A stretch of 64,000 nucleotides of DNA from Eledone cirrhosa (taxonomy: Eukaryota): the NCBI GenBank assembly GCA_964016885.1, contig OZ024741.1, positions 157,914,001-157,978,000 on the forward strand, written 5' to 3'. The notes under the pieces were generated by a model. That model was not told where the DNA came from. It was given only the letters and a program-made list of their open reading frames with translations, and did not search any database. Shown here in pieces: positions 60,330 to 64,000 of the stretch (positions are counted from its first letter, which is position 1; every line of letters begins with the position of its first letter). Position numbers and translations under genes: made by a program.

Positions 60330-63170
60330 TTCCGGCACAGACACCCTCCATTCGTTGCATTCCTTTGTTATCTCCTCTGTGAGTTTCAGTGATTTGAGAT
60401 CAGCTCTCACCACCTCCAGCCAGGTCTTCCTCTATTGCAGTTTCCTTTCACTGAGATGACTTGGCAATTCTTCACCCAACAATTATCATCAATACACATG
60501 CTCATACCAATACAGCCTTCTTTCTTGCACACTACATCTAATTCCTCTTATACCCATTTTTTCTCTCAGTTCATCCATGTTTTGTCATTCACACACATTA
60601 ATATTGCACATCCATGGAAGCAAGCTCACTTCATTTCTCTTCAGCGTTTGCAATTCCTCCTCATTCACGGCCCATGCCTCACTGCCATGCAGCATTGCGC
60701 ATCAGCATATACAGTTGGACGTTCATTCATAGAGAGAGGCTTTTGTTGTCAATGGAGGTAGAAGTTCCTTGATCTTTCTCCATTCCATTCTTATTCTAGC
60801 TACTATGTCCTCTGCTCTTCCACTGTTAATTAGATTACCTAAGTAGCAAAAGCTATCAAACACTTCTATGGATCTTTCTGGGATGGGAAGAATTTTATTT
60901 CACTGATGTTCTTACTATTAACTATCCCTGTATATCTACTACATACAAAGTCTACCTTTCCTGTTCACCTATATGCTACCCCACTACACCTATTGTGTAC
61001 ATTGTATAGTATTTCTGCTCATTCTTTTTTTTACATGTAGAGTAAGGCAACTTCCTTGGTGAGATCAGGGCCCTGTCTTCTTTCCTACTTATTAAAACTT
61101 AGTTTTTGCTAAGTTCACACTATGCCCTTTTGATTCTAAATTCTGTTTCCACAGCTGGAAGTTCTTCTTTAGTTCTTCCACAGATTCAGCTATAAGAAAC
61201 AGATTATCAGCATACAAAAGTTCCTTTGGATGGCCAGTCTTAAACTCCTCTGTTATGACCTGGCAAACTCTAATAAACAGAAGTGGACTGAGTCCTGAAG
61301 CATTCCTACCTGTACCTTAATTCCTCACTAAATTCACTTCTTAACTCTCATGTTACTGACAGCTTCTCTCTGCTTAACTTGCAATGCACTCACAAGCCAT
61401 TCCTCTACACCTAGTTTCATTAATGACAGATCCCGAAATTACAGATTGTACTACTCTGTCAAAGGCCTTTTCTAGATCCACAAGGTTTACATTTTGGGCT
61501 AGTAACTTCTCTTGTAGTTGTCTCACTAAGAAGAGGGGCATCTGTGATACTCCTTCCTGGCACAAAACTTAACAGCATCTCATCTAATTTGATTTCTTCC
61601 TTAATTAATTATGCTAGAACTATTTCTGTAACTTTCATAACTTGATCCATTAGTTTTATTCCTCTGTAGTTGCTCCTTTCTAGAGTATCACCTTTTCCTT
61701 GTAGCAATTAATGAGTATACTGTTGCACCGGTCATTGTGTATAACCCCTTTTGTATTACCTGATTGACGGGGTGACTAATTTGGCTCCTCCTTCCCAAGA
61801 TGCTGTCAACATCTCAGTGACTATCTCTGATGGTTCAGTGGCTTTACCATTTTTCATTTCCTTGATTGCTTCTTTGATTGTATATCTACCAATTTTGATA
61901 GCTGGTCCCTCTGTTGGGTTAGCTTGGGTAGTCTCTCTTCCTCCTACTCATTCTCCACATTCATCAGCATTTCCATACCTCTCTCTTTCATGATTCAGTA
62001 ATGCTATGTGCATCAGTGTCATTTAAAACACACTTTTTCCCTACAACATCATGATTCACAGACACACATTGCAGAACATTGGCAAACCTCCTGCTTTTAG
62101 CCTCTTTGAATGCAATGTACACCTGTCATCTAACTTCTCTTTTACCTACTTGGTAATGATCTTTGCTTACCCCCATTCTTTCAGTCTTTCCATGCCTGTC
62201 TCTTGGCTTGACTGGTTCTGTTCATTGCACTGTTCCACTACCAGGTCATCGTATGTCTGACTGGTACTTTACTCCAGTCAAAACTCTCATCATTAGCCTG
62301 TAGTAAATTGTCACATAGTAATTTTCAATTGTCCTCTGTGTAATGTGTATCTAGTTACTACCCCTACCCCCCTTTCATCATTTGCATCATATAAGGTTTT
62401 CCTGAACCTATGTTTAACAGAAAGATCCTTTAGTTTTCATACTCTCCTACTCCAGATTTTCCAGTATTTCTTGTTCTGTCATATGCTTATTCTGATATCA
62501 CTAATAACTAACTTATGTGTTATATGGTGTATTCTTCTCTAAGGAAGGACATAGCATTCATAATCATTTATCTATTCCATTTTTTTTTTTTTTTTTGTAT
62601 TTGCCTGATTGGTAGGTGATTGGGTGGCTCATCAGTTTCCTGAAATTAGTGTTGCAAATGCTTATTCCTTTGCATCACAGAATTTTAGGAGTCTTGTTTC
62701 TTCTTTTCTTGAGCCATAACCATAGCCACTGTGTACTCCAGTGTAGCCATCTTGGTGCTGCCCAACATATCCATTGTAGTTGTCATCTAGAATGATGAAG
62801 TCTCTGTCATCTGTAACAGTTGTCTTTAGGAGCTCTCAAGGAAATGGTTCTTTTGTTCTTTACTTAGACTTGATCAAGGTGCATAGGTAGAGATAGTTGT
62901 AGTCAATCTATTGCATATGACTATTCTGGGCTTGATAATTATGTCACTCCATCAACTTCTCAGCCTGTAGAATGCCTGCTCCACTTACTTCATCATCTTT
63001 TCTTATCCAAAAAAATATTATATCTATGTTTGTCTGTGAGAATTCTGCCTAGGCCCCTCTCCTATATTTCACTTCTACTCATCTCCTCTCAAGTAACTTC
63101 ACAATTTTTCCAGATAAACCTTTCAGAGTACCCACATTAAGAGTGGAAGCCTTGATATGTGTTACCTGAC
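60330..63170 (-). mobile_element. Degraded, nearly full-length RTE-like LINE (APE plus RT), same family
   Basis: Minus strand: APE start ASTLNVGTL, YAP, RT NYRGIKL, DLEKAFDRV, LLYADNL. Confidence 0.82.
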
Positions 63171-63731
63171 AGTGGTTCTTATATCATCCTTTCATAGTTT
63201 TCGTACCTGAAAAGGAAAATTGGTATGCAATTGCTCGATGATAGTCAAGGGGTTCTCGCACATGGCTAAGTTAGCCACCCTACTACCATATGCAGCACTA
63301 ACATGATTCATGCTAGCCCTGTATACACAATTATCTTTAATATTATATGTTGTGCTAGTCATGGTTTTTGGTAAAGTTTTTTTATTGGAAGTTCTTCTTA
63401 TCACCAACCACTTTACAGCTTGGACTGGATGCATCATTTGTGCCATCAGCACTAGAGAGGTTGTCTGACCAGACATAAGTGTCCTCATTATCCTGTATCA
63501 GTTTTTATTGACTGACTGCTCTCCTAGACAAGTTGCATTCACTACAGCTTATGAAGCCTGCATCAGTCTCATACAGTCTTATTTTATTCAAAGTAACTGC
63601 CCTCCATTATGGGTTGCCTTGCCCATGTCTGCCCCATGCAGTCTTATTTATTCAGAGTAACTGCTCTCATATATGGGCTCATTTCTATGTGGCCTATGGT
63701 GTCTGCAACTGCTCCAGAGAACACACAAGAA

Positions 63732-63766
<35 letters not shown>

Positions 63767-64000
63767 TAATTGCATTTCTGATATATACACACATCGATGC
63801 AGAGACAATCACAATATTATAGATGGTTAAATTTCGAAGCAGCTAATGTGTGTGAGTGGAGTGGAGAATTAGTTAGGTAGGTTTATAGAATGATCATAAG
63901 CTAGGTATGTGGTTGTTGATGAACAGGAAATGGAGGATGGCCTTGGACAGACATGAAGGGGTCAGCAAAGATGTGTTAGAACTACATGCTTTCATTGTAG

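Overview
AT-rich, repeat-dense eukaryotic DNA. The repeat families resemble octopus/coleoid cephalopod repeats, but that assignment is inference. The one host gene supported is the 3' half of an intersectin (ITSN1/2 ortholog, long form) on the + strand. Thirteen GT-AG exons from 8511 to the stop at 47825 splice in frame into a DH-PH-C2 region of about 495 aa. There is also a 14th, duplicated exon. Exons 35351-35434 and 39472-39549 are paralogous versions of the first C2 strand and Ca2+ loop 1, and look mutually exclusive; only the second keeps the first Ca2+-coordinating Asp. Introns and the downstream region carry a near-complete Penelope element, RTE-like and R4/Dong-like LINE remnants, many tRNA-SINEs, a Helitron, piggyBac/hAT/mariner MITEs, a pogo remnant, a 48-bp minisatellite and a 1-kb fold-back. 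Several Penelope-type hammerhead ribozyme motifs are present. One is sense-intronic, and another is paired with a perfect antisense copy of its own core. Most ORFs in the supplied track are simple-repeat or transposon artefacts.
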